Shown here piece after piece: positions 35,610 through 44,580 of a DNA stretch of 50,767 bases. Under the pieces are notes generated by a model, which searched no databases, was not told the DNA's origin, and saw nothing but the letters and a program-made list of their open reading frames with translations. Both the position numbers and the translations under genes were made by a program. Origin of the DNA: Candidatus Micrarchaeota archaeon (GTDB lineage: Archaea; Micrarchaeota; Micrarchaeia; Micrarchaeales; CABMGC01); the NCBI GenBank assembly GCA_027328425.1, contig DAHVUT010000026.1, positions 1 through 50,767 of the forward strand, read 5' to 3'. How positions within the stretch are numbered: position 1 is the stretch's first letter; every line of letters starts with the position of its first letter.

Positions 35610-35723
35610 GATAATGCTGCACTAGAAAGGCATAAATTAACTCATATAAAAATCCGTAATTCGCGTAAATAAATTTAGTTATTTATGCATGGTTCTTATT
35701 ACCCGCTTTCCTAATGACAGTGC

Positions 35724-36980
35724 ATGAGGACACAGCACAAGGCTGCGTTAGCGCTTGCCTTTCTGGTAATGCTCTACACATTCTATACAATACTGCTTCA
35801 GATAGGTGGCAGTACGATAGGGTTGATCCCCCAGCTCTTCTATGCCTTTTTTGTTGCAGCCATCGTATCGTTGCTCCTAAGTATGATTATGAACAGGGGG
35901 AGGGGGCTCGTATCCATACTCCGCAACCCAAAGATGCTCGCAGCCATACTCCTATTGGGCTTGGCCAATAGCGCTTTGTCCCAGCTTTCGCTGGGTTTTG
36001 GAACGCTGGGCACCAACCCCAGCATCGCATCGATAGTCTACCGCAGTTGGGTCATATTCGTAGTGCTGCTTACTCCGTTAGTCCTAAGGCAGAAAATCAG
36101 GCGGATGCAACTCATCGCCACACTAATCGGATTCGTTGGCCTTTATCTAATCGCAAGCGGGGGCACTCTGTTTGGGTTCAATTATGGCCAGTTGCCGTAT
36201 CTTGGCCTGGTGCTGTTTGCAGCAATGTGCAGCGTAGCACTAACGTTGGCGTACAGCAAGTACACATTTGATATATTTGGGGCCGTTGTACTGTTCAACC
36301 TTGCGTCTTTCGTGATGCTCGGCCTGTTGGCTGTGGCAACCCATACTAATTTGGCCATAAGTTTCCCCCCATCTGCATTGTTCACTGTATTGTTTTACGG
36401 AGCATTCAGTTTTGGCATAGCCTCTAGCCTCTACTACTACTCTGTGAAAGCGGCAGGGCCGAATGTCGTTGGCAACGTATTCCTGATAATACCGTTCCTC
36501 ACTATCCTGTTCGCCGCAATCTTCACAGGTACAGCAATCAAACCATATTACGTGGCGGCTGCCCTGTTGATCAGCGCGGGCGTACTGCTGCAAAGGCACT
36601 ACTCAGCACGGCAGGAACACATAACTAAGAACAGCATGCTGGACAGGTTCACAATATTTGACGTGACTGGAGCATTCATCGACAGCAAGAATCATGAAAT
36701 ACTGCATTACATTTCGAGCAACAGGAAAGCATTCGCAATAAGGATAGGCAAGAATGCCTTCGATACAGGACAGCACGCACACATTTTCAATGACCGCAAC
36801 TGCATCGCGTTCACTAATTATGCGCCGCACGAAGGAATAAAACGAAACGAGTTAGAGTTCATAGGCAAAGCAATGGGCATCCAGAACGGCGAATCCGTGC
36901 TCATAGGCATGGGCGACCCTGACAGCCTTGAAGACGCATTCGCAGAATTCATCTCTGCCTCTGGAGCAAACTCGGGGTAG
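35724..36980 (+). CDS. DMT (EamA-like) transporter with about 125-aa soluble C-terminal domain
   Basis: Ten hydrophobic segments in two halves, typical of EamA repeats. The C-terminal 125 aa are hydrophilic and unassigned. Confidence 0.65.
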   Translation: MRTQHKAALALAFLVMLYTFYTILLQIGGSTIGLIPQLFYAFFVAAIVSLLLSMIMNRGRGLVSILRNPKMLAAILLLGLANSALSQLSLGFGTLGTNPSIASIVYRSWVIFVVLLTPLVLRQKIRRMQLIATLIGFVGLYLIASGGTLFGFNYGQLPYLGLVLFAAMCSVALTLAYSKYTFDIFGAVVLFNLASFVMLGLLAVATHTNLAISFPPSALFTVLFYGAFSFGIASSLYYYSVKAAGPNVVGNVFLIIPFLTILFAAIFTGTAIKPYYVAAALLISAGVLLQRHYSARQEHITKNSMLDRFTIFDVTGAFIDSKNHEILHYISSNRKAFAIRIGKNAFDTGQHAHIFNDRNCIAFTNYAPHEGIKRNELEFIGKAMGIQNGESVLIGMGDPDSLEDAFAEFISASGANSG

Positions 36981-37039
36981 CGATAGCAGGCTGAGAATCA
37001 GAAATGCGGTCACAACATTGGCTGATAAAAGCGGCCGGC

Positions 37040-39232
37040 TCAGTCCATGTACTCCTGCGGCTTCGGCGGCTCCTCCTTGAGCCCCTTCCTCTTCCTTATC
37101 TCCCTGACCACTTTCTCCTGCAGATCCTTCGGCAGCTTCTCGTAGCCGGCATACTCGGAATACCATATTGCCCTGCCGGCAGTGGCGCTCCGCATCTCGT
37201 TCGAGAATCCTTTGATGACCTCGGCCACCGGCATCTTCGCCACTATGGTAGCGGCCTCGCCTTCCTGCGAGACCTCCTGCACCTGCCCCCTCCTTCCCTG
37301 CAGCAGCGTTATTATAGTCGACATGTACTCCTGCGGCACGTTGACAGTGAATATCTGCTTCGGCTCGAGCAGTTGCACGCCTGCGAGCAGCATGCCCGCC
37401 CAGATCGGACGCCTCATCGCCGGCATTATCTGCGCCGGACCCCTGTGCACCGGGTCCTCGTGTATCGTGGCGTCGTTGATCAGCACCTTAATCCCGTAGC
37501 ACTTCTCCTTGACAAGGGGCCCCTCGCGCACTGCCTCCTCGAAGCCGTCTATCAGCAGCTCCTCCACCTCGTTGAGGTACTGCACCCCGTGCGTGGCGTC
37601 TATCAGCACGCTGGCCGTGGCCACATCCCATATGCCCCTCGCCTCCTCCCTCGGCATGCCCGCCTCGACGAGCGCCTCCAGATACTGCTTGCCCTTGGGC
37701 GTGCCCTCCTTGATCGAGCCGTTCTCTATCAGCTCGAGCACCCCCTTCTCGAGCGGCATTATGGTGACCTCGAACTTGCTGTGCCTGTTCGGCGTCTTGC
37801 CCTCTATCTCCTCGGTCTTGCCCTCTATAGTCTCCTTGTAGAGCACGATCGGGTCGCTCGTTATTATCGGTATCTTGAACTCGTCGCGTATCTTCGTTTC
37901 CACTATCTCCAGGTGCAGCTCGCCGTTGCCGCTCACCAGGTGCTCGCCAGTCTCCTGGTTCAGGCTCACCACCAGCCCCGGGTCTATCTTCGAGAGCTCC
38001 CTGAGCGCCTCTATCAGCTTGAGCGTGTCCTTTGACTCCTTAGTGTCTATCGTCTTGGTCACAACAGGCTTGGCGTAGTGCGTTATCTGCTCGAAGGGCA
38101 GTATGCTGCCCTCGCTGAGCGTATCGCCTATCATAAGGTCCTTTATGCCCACTATCGCCGCTATGTTGCCCGCCGCAACCTCGTCTATCTGCACGCGGTC
38201 GTTGCTCATGTACAGGCCCACCTGCTGTATCTTCTCCTGGTCCGGCCTGCCTGATATGTAGACCATCGTGCCCTTCCTTATGGTGCCGGAGAACACCCTG
38301 CCTATCGCCACCTCGCCGCCGTGCGGGTCGTAGCTTATGCCTATGACCACCACATTGGCCTTCGAACCCGAATCCACATTGCGCATTGCCTTGCCGTCCT
38401 CGCTCTCCATGTCGCCCTTCCAGAGGTGGGGTATCCTGTAGGGCTGCGCCACCTTCGGGCTCGGGAGGTGCTCTATTATCATGGTGAGCGTCGCCTCGTC
38501 TATCGGCGCCACTTCCTGCAGCTTCGCTATGTCGTTAGCCTCGGTGAGCGCGTATATGTCCTTGAACGTGATCTTGTACTTGTCCATTATGCGCGTCGAT
38601 ATGGCCCAGCGCTCCTGAGCGCTGCCTATGCAGACGCTGCCGTCCTCCACGCTGACCTTCCACTTGCTCGAGAGCTCCTCCGGAGCGTAGTTGGCTATCA
38701 GCTTGTTGACCTCGTTTATGAGCTTGAGCAGCCTTTCGAACGTCTGCTGCGGGTCGAGCTTCAGCTCAGTCAGCAGCCTGTCGACCTTGTTTATGAAGAG
38801 CACGGGCTTCGCCCTCTCCTTCATGGCCTGCCTGACCACTGTCTCGGTCTGCGGCATTATGCCCTCGAGAGCGTCCACCACCACGATCACGCCGTCCACG
38901 GCCCGCATCGCCCTAGTAACGTGGAAACCGAAGTCGACGTGCCCCGGCGTGTCTATGAGGTTTATTATGTACTCCTTGCCCTGGTAGTCAAAGGCGAGCG
39001 ATATGTTCGCCGACTTTATAGTCATCTTCCTGTCCTTCTCTATGGCCTCGTAGTTCGTGTAGAGCACTTCGCCGGCCACCTGCTTCGATATTATGCCAGC
39101 CTTGGCGAGCAGCGAGTCGGTGAGCGTCGTCTTGCCGTGGTGGACGTGCGCCACTATGGCCACGTTCCTTATCTGGTCCACATTGCGCATTATCTTTGCT
39201 ACTTCCTCTGCTACGAGCTCCTTCCTTACCAT
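37040..39232 (-). CDS. fusA: translation elongation factor 2 (aEF-2)
   Basis: G1 AHVHHGKTT, G3 DTPGHVDF, and diphthamide loop HEDPVHRGPAQ. Confidence 0.95.
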   Translation of the reverse strand: MVRKELVAEEVAKIMRNVDQIRNVAIVAHVHHGKTTLTDSLLAKAGIISKQVAGEVLYTNYEAIEKDRKMTIKSANISLAFDYQGKEYIINLIDTPGHVDFGFHVTRAMRAVDGVIVVVDALEGIMPQTETVVRQAMKERAKPVLFINKVDRLLTELKLDPQQTFERLLKLINEVNKLIANYAPEELSSKWKVSVEDGSVCIGSAQERWAISTRIMDKYKITFKDIYALTEANDIAKLQEVAPIDEATLTMIIEHLPSPKVAQPYRIPHLWKGDMESEDGKAMRNVDSGSKANVVVIGISYDPHGGEVAIGRVFSGTIRKGTMVYISGRPDQEKIQQVGLYMSNDRVQIDEVAAGNIAAIVGIKDLMIGDTLSEGSILPFEQITHYAKPVVTKTIDTKESKDTLKLIEALRELSKIDPGLVVSLNQETGEHLVSGNGELHLEIVETKIRDEFKIPIITSDPIVLYKETIEGKTEEIEGKTPNRHSKFEVTIMPLEKGVLELIENGSIKEGTPKGKQYLEALVEAGMPREEARGIWDVATASVLIDATHGVQYLNEVEELLIDGFEEAVREGPLVKEKCYGIKVLINDATIHEDPVHRGPAQIMPAMRRPIWAGMLLAGVQLLEPKQIFTVNVPQEYMSTIITLLQGRRGQVQEVSQEGEAATIVAKMPVAEVIKGFSNEMRSATAGRAIWYSEYAGYEKLPKDLQEKVVREIRKRKGLKEEPPKPQEYMD

Positions 39233-39237
39233 AAAGA

Positions 39238-40023
39238 TTACCTTGCGCTCCTCGCTATGCGTTCAGCCTCCACGCGTCTCTTTATCGCGTAGCTGCTCGC
39301 ATCCTTGTTTGCGGCGAGCACGAGCTCGTCCGCAAGCGCCTCGGAGAGGCTCTTCCTGCTCTTGAAAGCGCTTATCAGCGCCGAGAGCGCCACGTTGCGC
39401 AACGCCACGTCAAGGCGCCTCGCTGCGCTTATGCCTGTGGCCACGTTGTAGTTGATGCCTCCGTACCTCACCCTGGTGGTGTCTTCTATAGGTGCGGCGT
39501 TCTCGAGCGCATCAACGAGCACCTGCAGCGGGTTCTTGCCAGTGCGCCTGCTTATGTTCTCGAACGCCTGCTCGACGACATGCATCAGCTTGAGCTTCTT
39601 GCCCTGGAGCGCGCCCTTGGTCCTTATGACCCTGCCGCCTATCTTGGCGCCTGTGCCTCCGCGCATCATCTTGTTTATCAGGCGTTCCACTATGTTGGTA
39701 TGGGCCGCATAGTACGTCCTGTGCCTGCGCCTGCCGAACGTGTTGGGATAGGCGCGCGGGGAGAGCGTTATGTAATTGGCCAGGCTCGGGTCGTCGACAG
39801 TCACATCCGTCGAATCGTACTTGCCGAAGAACAGCGGAGAAAGCAGGGCGGCTGAGCCTGCGGGCTTGGCAGCGCCCCTGGGGCTTCTCCTGCTTGCGCC
39901 CCTGGCCTTCGGAGCAGCTTGCTCCTGCGCGGGAGCCTCCTGCTTTGGCGCCTCCTGCATCGCCCCCTGCCTCTCAGCGTTCTCCCGAACATTGACCTTG
40001 TTATCGCTAGCTTCCTCAGCCAT
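39238..40023 (-). CDS. rps7: 30S ribosomal protein S7 with about 60-aa low-complexity N-terminal extension
   Basis: Core LINKMMRGGTGAKIGG...RRVEAERIA. The N-terminus is Q/E/A/P/K-rich (EAPKQEAPAQEQAAPKARG). Confidence 0.9.
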   Translation of the reverse strand: MAEEASDNKVNVRENAERQGAMQEAPKQEAPAQEQAAPKARGASRRSPRGAAKPAGSAALLSPLFFGKYDSTDVTVDDPSLANYITLSPRAYPNTFGRRRHRTYYAAHTNIVERLINKMMRGGTGAKIGGRVIRTKGALQGKKLKLMHVVEQAFENISRRTGKNPLQVLVDALENAAPIEDTTRVRYGGINYNVATGISAARRLDVALRNVALSALISAFKSRKSLSEALADELVLAANKDASSYAIKRRVEAERIARSAR

Positions 40024-40027
40024 ATTA

Positions 40028-40456
40028 TCATCTCTTGGGCTTCTCCATCCTGCCCTTGACTATCTGGTAGAGGTCGGCCCCGTTGAGGCCCACAACCCTG
40101 TACTTCAAGCCTGCTATGCTCCCCATCTGGCCTCTCTGCGAGCCGCCCATTCCCTGTATCATGACCTCGTCGTGCTCCTCTATGAAGTTTATAGCTCCGT
40201 CGTACGGCACGTACGCGCCTACGACCTTGCCGTTCTTCACGAGCTGAACGCGCACGCACTTTATGAGCCCCGAGTGCGGCTGCTTCTGCTGGAGCACGAA
40301 CTTCTGCAGCACGATCGCCCTCGCCATGGGCACCGTGCCCACGGGGTCGTACTTCTGCTTCAGCTTGAAGTACTTCCTCTTCCACCACTTCTTGAGCAGG
40401 CGCTCGCGCTTGCGCTTCTTTACAAGCTTCAACGCAGCGAATTCGCCCTTTGCCAT
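40028..40456 (-). CDS. rps12: 30S ribosomal protein S12
   Basis: AIVLQKFVLQQKQPHSGLIKCVRVQL...YVPYDGAINFIEEHDEVMI blocks are typical of archaeal S12. Confidence 0.95.
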   Translation of the reverse strand: MAKGEFAALKLVKKRKRERLLKKWWKRKYFKLKQKYDPVGTVPMARAIVLQKFVLQQKQPHSGLIKCVRVQLVKNGKVVGAYVPYDGAINFIEEHDEVMIQGMGGSQRGQMGSIAGLKYRVVGLNGADLYQIVKGRMEKPKR

Positions 40457-40460
40457 AGCA

Positions 40461-40766
40461 TCATTCCTTGTACTCGTTCTCGAGTATCTTCGAGTTGCCT
40501 GCCTCGATGACTGCCAGGCTGCTCACCGAGTGCGGCTTCCCGCACACAGTGCCGAGCTCCATGGAGTTGCCCTTGAACTTCATCAGCCTTATGCCAGCTA
40601 TCGCGCAGGCGTGCTCTATGTCGGCGCTGGAGCCGCTCCTGCCCACTTCGCTGATTATTACGAGCTTGGCAGTATTGCTGTTTATGGCGCGCATGCTCTC
40701 CTCCGCGCCGAGCGCCACTTTGCCTGTGCCTATAGCGAGCCTTATGTCGCTGTTCAAGTCAGCCAT
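40461..40766 (-). CDS. rpl30e: 50S ribosomal protein L30e
   Basis: IRLAIGTGKVALGAEESMRAINSNTAKLVIIS...ELGTVCGKPHSVSSLAVIEAG. Confidence 0.85.
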   Translation of the reverse strand: MADLNSDIRLAIGTGKVALGAEESMRAINSNTAKLVIISEVGRSGSSADIEHACAIAGIRLMKFKGNSMELGTVCGKPHSVSSLAVIEAGNSKILENEYKE

Positions 40767-40886
40767 CGAATCTAACCGCTAATGAAAAAGCGTTTCCCAA
40801 AGAAACCGCGCATATAATGGCTGCGCTAAAGTATATAAAGTGTGCCTGACTCCGCGCTGCGCAATGCAGCCGGCCCGTCTTTGGCA

Positions 40887-41444
40887 CTAATCGCGCTTGC
40901 GGGGCAACGCCTGCCTGTTTTGCTGTGCCTCTTCAAGCAGAAGTATTGCATGCTTGGCCCTATCAGCAGCAATCGCGGCAGGGTATTGACCTATGCCACC
41001 TGACGGTACAGGCAACCTGAGTTTTAATTTTGCTGATTTGTATAATCCTTCAAGCAGCGTTTCCTGGCCCCAACCGAGCTGCTCCTCGATCGCACCGACA
41101 TATTCAGCGACAATTTCCTCGACTGTTCTGTTGCTATCGTCTCTTTTAGTGACGTCCTTGACCAGACGGCCCGATAAGCCTTCCAGATGCATCACTAGGT
41201 TGCGTATCCGGATCTCAGGGTCGTCGCCCACACTGGGCGTCTTTGGGCCTATTCCTTCTCTGACGGCAGGCGTCTCTCTCTGTCTGCTTGATACCCTTTT
41301 GACTCTGCTATCTTTTTCACCGACATAACTATCAGGCAACTTTGATTCTGGATAGATATATGCTTTTGCTTGTGCCCCATTTGACGAAAATCGGTCGGGT
41401 GCAGTTCCCGGCCTGCGCCGCCGTAGGAAGCAATTGTGGCGCAC
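40887..41444 (-). CDS. orphan protein D (disordered basic N-region plus helical C-domain)
   Basis: GTG start overlaps the stop of the upstream gene (TAGTG). An alternative TTG start at 41339 lies downstream of an AAGCATATATCTATCC box (41350-41365, minus strand). No known motif. Confidence 0.4.
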   Translation of the reverse strand: MRHNCFLRRRRPGTAPDRFSSNGAQAKAYIYPESKLPDSYVGEKDSRVKRVSSRQRETPAVREGIGPKTPSVGDDPEIRIRNLVMHLEGLSGRLVKDVTKRDDSNRTVEEIVAEYVGAIEEQLGWGQETLLEGLYKSAKLKLRLPVPSGGIGQYPAAIAADRAKHAILLLEEAQQNRQALPRKRD

Positions 41445-42115
41445 TATGGTCGTGGAGCTGCTGCGCCTTTCAGGAAATCCATGAGCGTCATGGTGTCTGG
41501 CTTGCCAAAATTGTTCAACGCGCCCAAGAACTCTCCCATGTTATTTAGTATTTTGTCAGGCTCGGCGAGCAGCTCGCCTGCTTTCTCTCCGATCTGACCC
41601 AAGTAGGCATGGAGGTTCACAACGTTCGCTTTCACTGTGCGCTTCAAGTTGTAAGAGAGCAGCATCTGGAGCCCATTCGACAGCGCGGTCGCACCGTCCT
41701 TCTTATAGCTGTTGAGAATGTCGCACACAACCAGATCAGTGAATGCGTTCACTCTTTCGTCCATCTCCTCCCGATCGGAAGGGCTCATTACAGTGCCCAT
41801 GGTCCCCTTTACGGCGCCGTGTATCGCCGCAATAGAGAGCCCGAGCCTCGAATAGCTCTTTTGCACTACCGGGTCGTTCCTCAGCATCAGATTAAACGAA
41901 TCATACACCATGTGCACCGGCCTAGGTGCATCGCCTGTATCCAGCACAGCCTTTACGTAGCTCGCGTATGGCGCGTACTCCTCCCCCCTGCGCATTTCAG
42001 AGTCGCCCCTGACTGCCTGCTTGATTTTGGCCGTGGCTTCAGGGCTCGCCGGAGGCGCAGTATCATCCCACAGTCGATTGGCCTCACTTTCGTGCGTCTC
42101 CCTCTTCCCGATCAC
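41444..42115 (-). CDS. orphan protein C
   Basis: 223-aa ORF with a GTG start 10 nt after the upstream stop. Helical, with no TM and no known motif. Confidence 0.5.
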   Translation of the reverse strand: MIGKRETHESEANRLWDDTAPPASPEATAKIKQAVRGDSEMRRGEEYAPYASYVKAVLDTGDAPRPVHMVYDSFNLMLRNDPVVQKSYSRLGLSIAAIHGAVKGTMGTVMSPSDREEMDERVNAFTDLVVCDILNSYKKDGATALSNGLQMLLSYNLKRTVKANVVNLHAYLGQIGEKAGELLAEPDKILNNMGEFLGALNNFGKPDTMTLMDFLKGAAAPRP

Positions 42116-42125
42116 TACATCACGC

Positions 42126-42683
42126 TCACATCCTATGGTCGAGAGAGCCCAGGCACGAGTCGACAGCCTCTTTCACATCGCCAGGCGGAAGGTTTTCGCT
42201 CATGCTTTTGAGTATTTTAACCGCAGTCCTGCCATCGGCAAGTTCAGCTGACGCCAACTCCACGATCGTGCTCAGGATCAGAGGATCGGCATTGGGCGAG
42301 GAAATCGCCAATTCCTCTACCTTCCCCAGCACCATCGGTAGCGCCTTCTGCCATTCTGCATCCTGAAGCACATTTTTCATGGATGAGAAGTCCTCCATCA
42401 CGTGCGTGACGCTACTCTCTCCGAACGCCTTGCTTCCAAAATTACCGACCACCATGTCCACAACACCTCCTTTTTCTTTAGGCGCACCGGTCCTTTCCCT
42501 GAGGTCGCTCATCAGCGCCATTTGCAGTTCACGTTGCTCCTTTGGATCCATTTTCTTTTGGTCAGACGCCCGCTTCTTCTGCTGCTGGTCTATGGCCATA
42601 CTGTCAACTTCCATTTCGGCGCCTCCAAATGAGACGAGACTATTGTGGGCTGTCCACGTGTGTACCTTATCCAATCTGCTCAT
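42126..42683 (-). CDS. orphan protein B
   Basis: ATG 42683 (or GTG 42692). An AAGTATATATCC box at 42711-42727 (minus strand) lies about 30 nt upstream. Q/K-rich N-region and a helical C-domain. Confidence 0.5.
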   Translation of the reverse strand: MSRLDKVHTWTAHNSLVSFGGAEMEVDSMAIDQQQKKRASDQKKMDPKEQRELQMALMSDLRERTGAPKEKGGVVDMVVGNFGSKAFGESSVTHVMEDFSSMKNVLQDAEWQKALPMVLGKVEELAISSPNADPLILSTIVELASAELADGRTAVKILKSMSENLPPGDVKEAVDSCLGSLDHRM

Positions 42684-42780
42684 ATTTGTCACAAACAGGC
42701 TTTGCCTTGGGGGGATATATACTTTTGCTTATGCCGCATCCTGAGACGCGCACCGGCCCTTCCGGAACCAGGAACACGTG

Positions 42781-43458
42781 CTACCTAGATATGTAACCGT
42801 GACCGTTATTTTTCTGCTGCGCTGTCCCGTCTTTTGGATTGCAGTTCTGCTGCTTCGGTTCTGCTTCAGGGTCGTCATTCTGACTCCCTGCACTGCTTTT
42901 GGAGTCATCAGCTTCGCGTTTTGTTTTGTCGCGCTGGAGTTTACGCATTCTGTCTTTAAAATAGCTGAAAGTGCCGTGGCCGAACACGCTACTGGAAGGT
43001 GCTACGCCCTCTCCGCCCTCGCGTTGCCCTGTTTTGTCTTTTGGCGCATCCGTCTGCTGCTCTTCGCTGCTCGTCGAGAGCATTTTCTGCACAATTTTAT
43101 CTTTAAAGGCATCAGTGGTTTTGTAGCCAAGCAGTGTTTTGAACGCCTCGCGGACTCCCCCTTCGTCTTTTGCAACGGCACCTGCAACCTCATCTATCGC
43201 GTCGCTCAGTCTGGCTTCGTTCTTGTTGGTGACAGACACGCCCAATTCGATTATCAGATACTTCAGCCTGCCGTTGCGGGCCTTATTGTCACTGCCATAT
43301 CTATCATCCAGCCAGCGCCTGAATTCTTCGGAGCACGCCTTAACATCCCTGCCGTCCGTATCCAGCATTTCCTTCTTGAACTGATCGTAGCTCAGCTTAT
43401 TCTCATGCTTATGTTCTATCTTAGTGGCCACCCCGGCCACCATGCCCCCGTCCACCAT
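42781..43458 (-). CDS. orphan protein A (helical N-domain plus long disordered acidic/basic tail)
   Basis: ATG 43458 with an AAGTATTATATTTGCC box (43480-43493, minus strand) about 25 nt upstream. The C-terminal 90 aa or so are low complexity. Confidence 0.5.
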   Translation of the reverse strand: MVDGGMVAGVATKIEHKHENKLSYDQFKKEMLDTDGRDVKACSEEFRRWLDDRYGSDNKARNGRLKYLIIELGVSVTNKNEARLSDAIDEVAGAVAKDEGGVREAFKTLLGYKTTDAFKDKIVQKMLSTSSEEQQTDAPKDKTGQREGGEGVAPSSSVFGHGTFSYFKDRMRKLQRDKTKREADDSKSSAGSQNDDPEAEPKQQNCNPKDGTAQQKNNGHGYISR

Positions 43459-43506
43459 AACCCTGTTTTGCCGCTGGGCAAATATAATACTTTGCAGTAG
43501 GTTTGG

Positions 43507-44556
43507 CTACTTATGTGCAGAAAGCGTTGTGTTGCAGCCGGCCGGAGTTGCGAGCTGGCCGCTCAGCAGCAGCTTCACATAGCCCAGCGCGGGCACATCG
43601 GCCACGACGTAGCCCACGACGTCGCTCTGGTTGACCGGATAGTTGCCGAACTCAATGTCGAGCGCCTGGTTGTTGTCTCCTTTGGTCAGGAAATAGTATG
43701 TGCCGCTGACGTTCAGCGCCGCATACACCCTGTGCACTATGTCACCGCTGAACGCGTCGTTGCCCGTCGCCCTGTACACTATTATAGGATTGCTGTAGTT
43801 CTCCGTCAGGCTCGTGTTCAGTATGCCTATGCTGGAGGTGTACAGCGCCTTGAAGACGTAGTTCCCGTACGAGAGGTTGCCGAGCGAGTAGCTGTACCAT
43901 ATGGGCAGGCCTGCCTGGCCGCCGACCCTGCAGCCGGCTATGCCGCCAGGTCTGCCGTAATAATCGGCCGCAGAGACGCAGACAGTGTTGTACAGGCCGA
44001 CGTTGTACGGCGTGCTGTTCTCGAGCACGTACGTTATCCTGGATGCGTTGCCGTAGTATGCAAAGTACGCCAGGAACTCGTTCGACATGTTGCGCTGCAT
44101 CGCGTCGAAGGCCGATGCGCTCATGCTAACCACAGGAATATGCTTCTGGGCCACGAAAGACGAGAAGTTGCCTATGCCATGAAGCACCACGAGGTCGCCC
44201 CTGTGCATCGTCGGCAGCATGCTGCAGCTCGAGACTGCGTCCAGCGGGGCCGCCGTCTGGAGGAAAGCTGCGAGGAGCACCCACACGACTATGGCGGCAC
44301 CCACAGCTATGCCTATGTCCAGCAGCCCTCTCTTCGCACCCTCGTTTGCTATGCTTGCCTTCACCTCAAGTACAACAAGCGCTATTATGAGCAGCACGGC
44401 CGCAGCGCCCACAAGTGCGCTGCCGTAGAGCGCGTAGAGCGCTATAAGCGCGAACAGCAGTATGTAAAGGAGCCATAGGTAGAGCTCGCTCCTCCTATTA
44501 CCTTTTTTCGCAGCCCCGGGTCCTTGCCTCCTCTGCGCGTTCCTTCTAGCGTTCAC
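43507..44556 (-). CDS. signal peptidase I (S26B, Sec11-like) with large ectodomain insertion
   Basis: Catalytic Ser box SCSMLPTMHRGDLVV and the TKGDNN box. 349 aa, roughly twice my recollection of typical archaeal SPase I length. GTG start. Confidence 0.7.
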   Translation of the reverse strand: MNARRNAQRRQGPGAAKKGNRRSELYLWLLYILLFALIALYALYGSALVGAAAVLLIIALVVLEVKASIANEGAKRGLLDIGIAVGAAIVVWVLLAAFLQTAAPLDAVSSCSMLPTMHRGDLVVLHGIGNFSSFVAQKHIPVVSMSASAFDAMQRNMSNEFLAYFAYYGNASRITYVLENSTPYNVGLYNTVCVSAADYYGRPGGIAGCRVGGQAGLPIWYSYSLGNLSYGNYVFKALYTSSIGILNTSLTENYSNPIIVYRATGNDAFSGDIVHRVYAALNVSGTYYFLTKGDNNQALDIEFGNYPVNQSDVVGYVVADVPALGYVKLLLSGQLATPAGCNTTLSAHK

Positions 44557-44580
44557 GTGTTGACATCGAATGCGAAATTA

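Noticed and set aside
37004-39292. Long plus-strand ORFs (343 aa and 323 aa) antisense to EF-2. Similar long antisense ORFs lie opposite SMC, signal peptidase, DNA ligase, FtsZ1/2, SufB/D, Hel308, GT, ThiI, S7/S12 and L7Ae.
   Set aside because: They lie opposite strongly conserved genes and have Leu/Arg/His/Val-rich shadow-frame composition typical of GC-rich DNA. No motifs are present.
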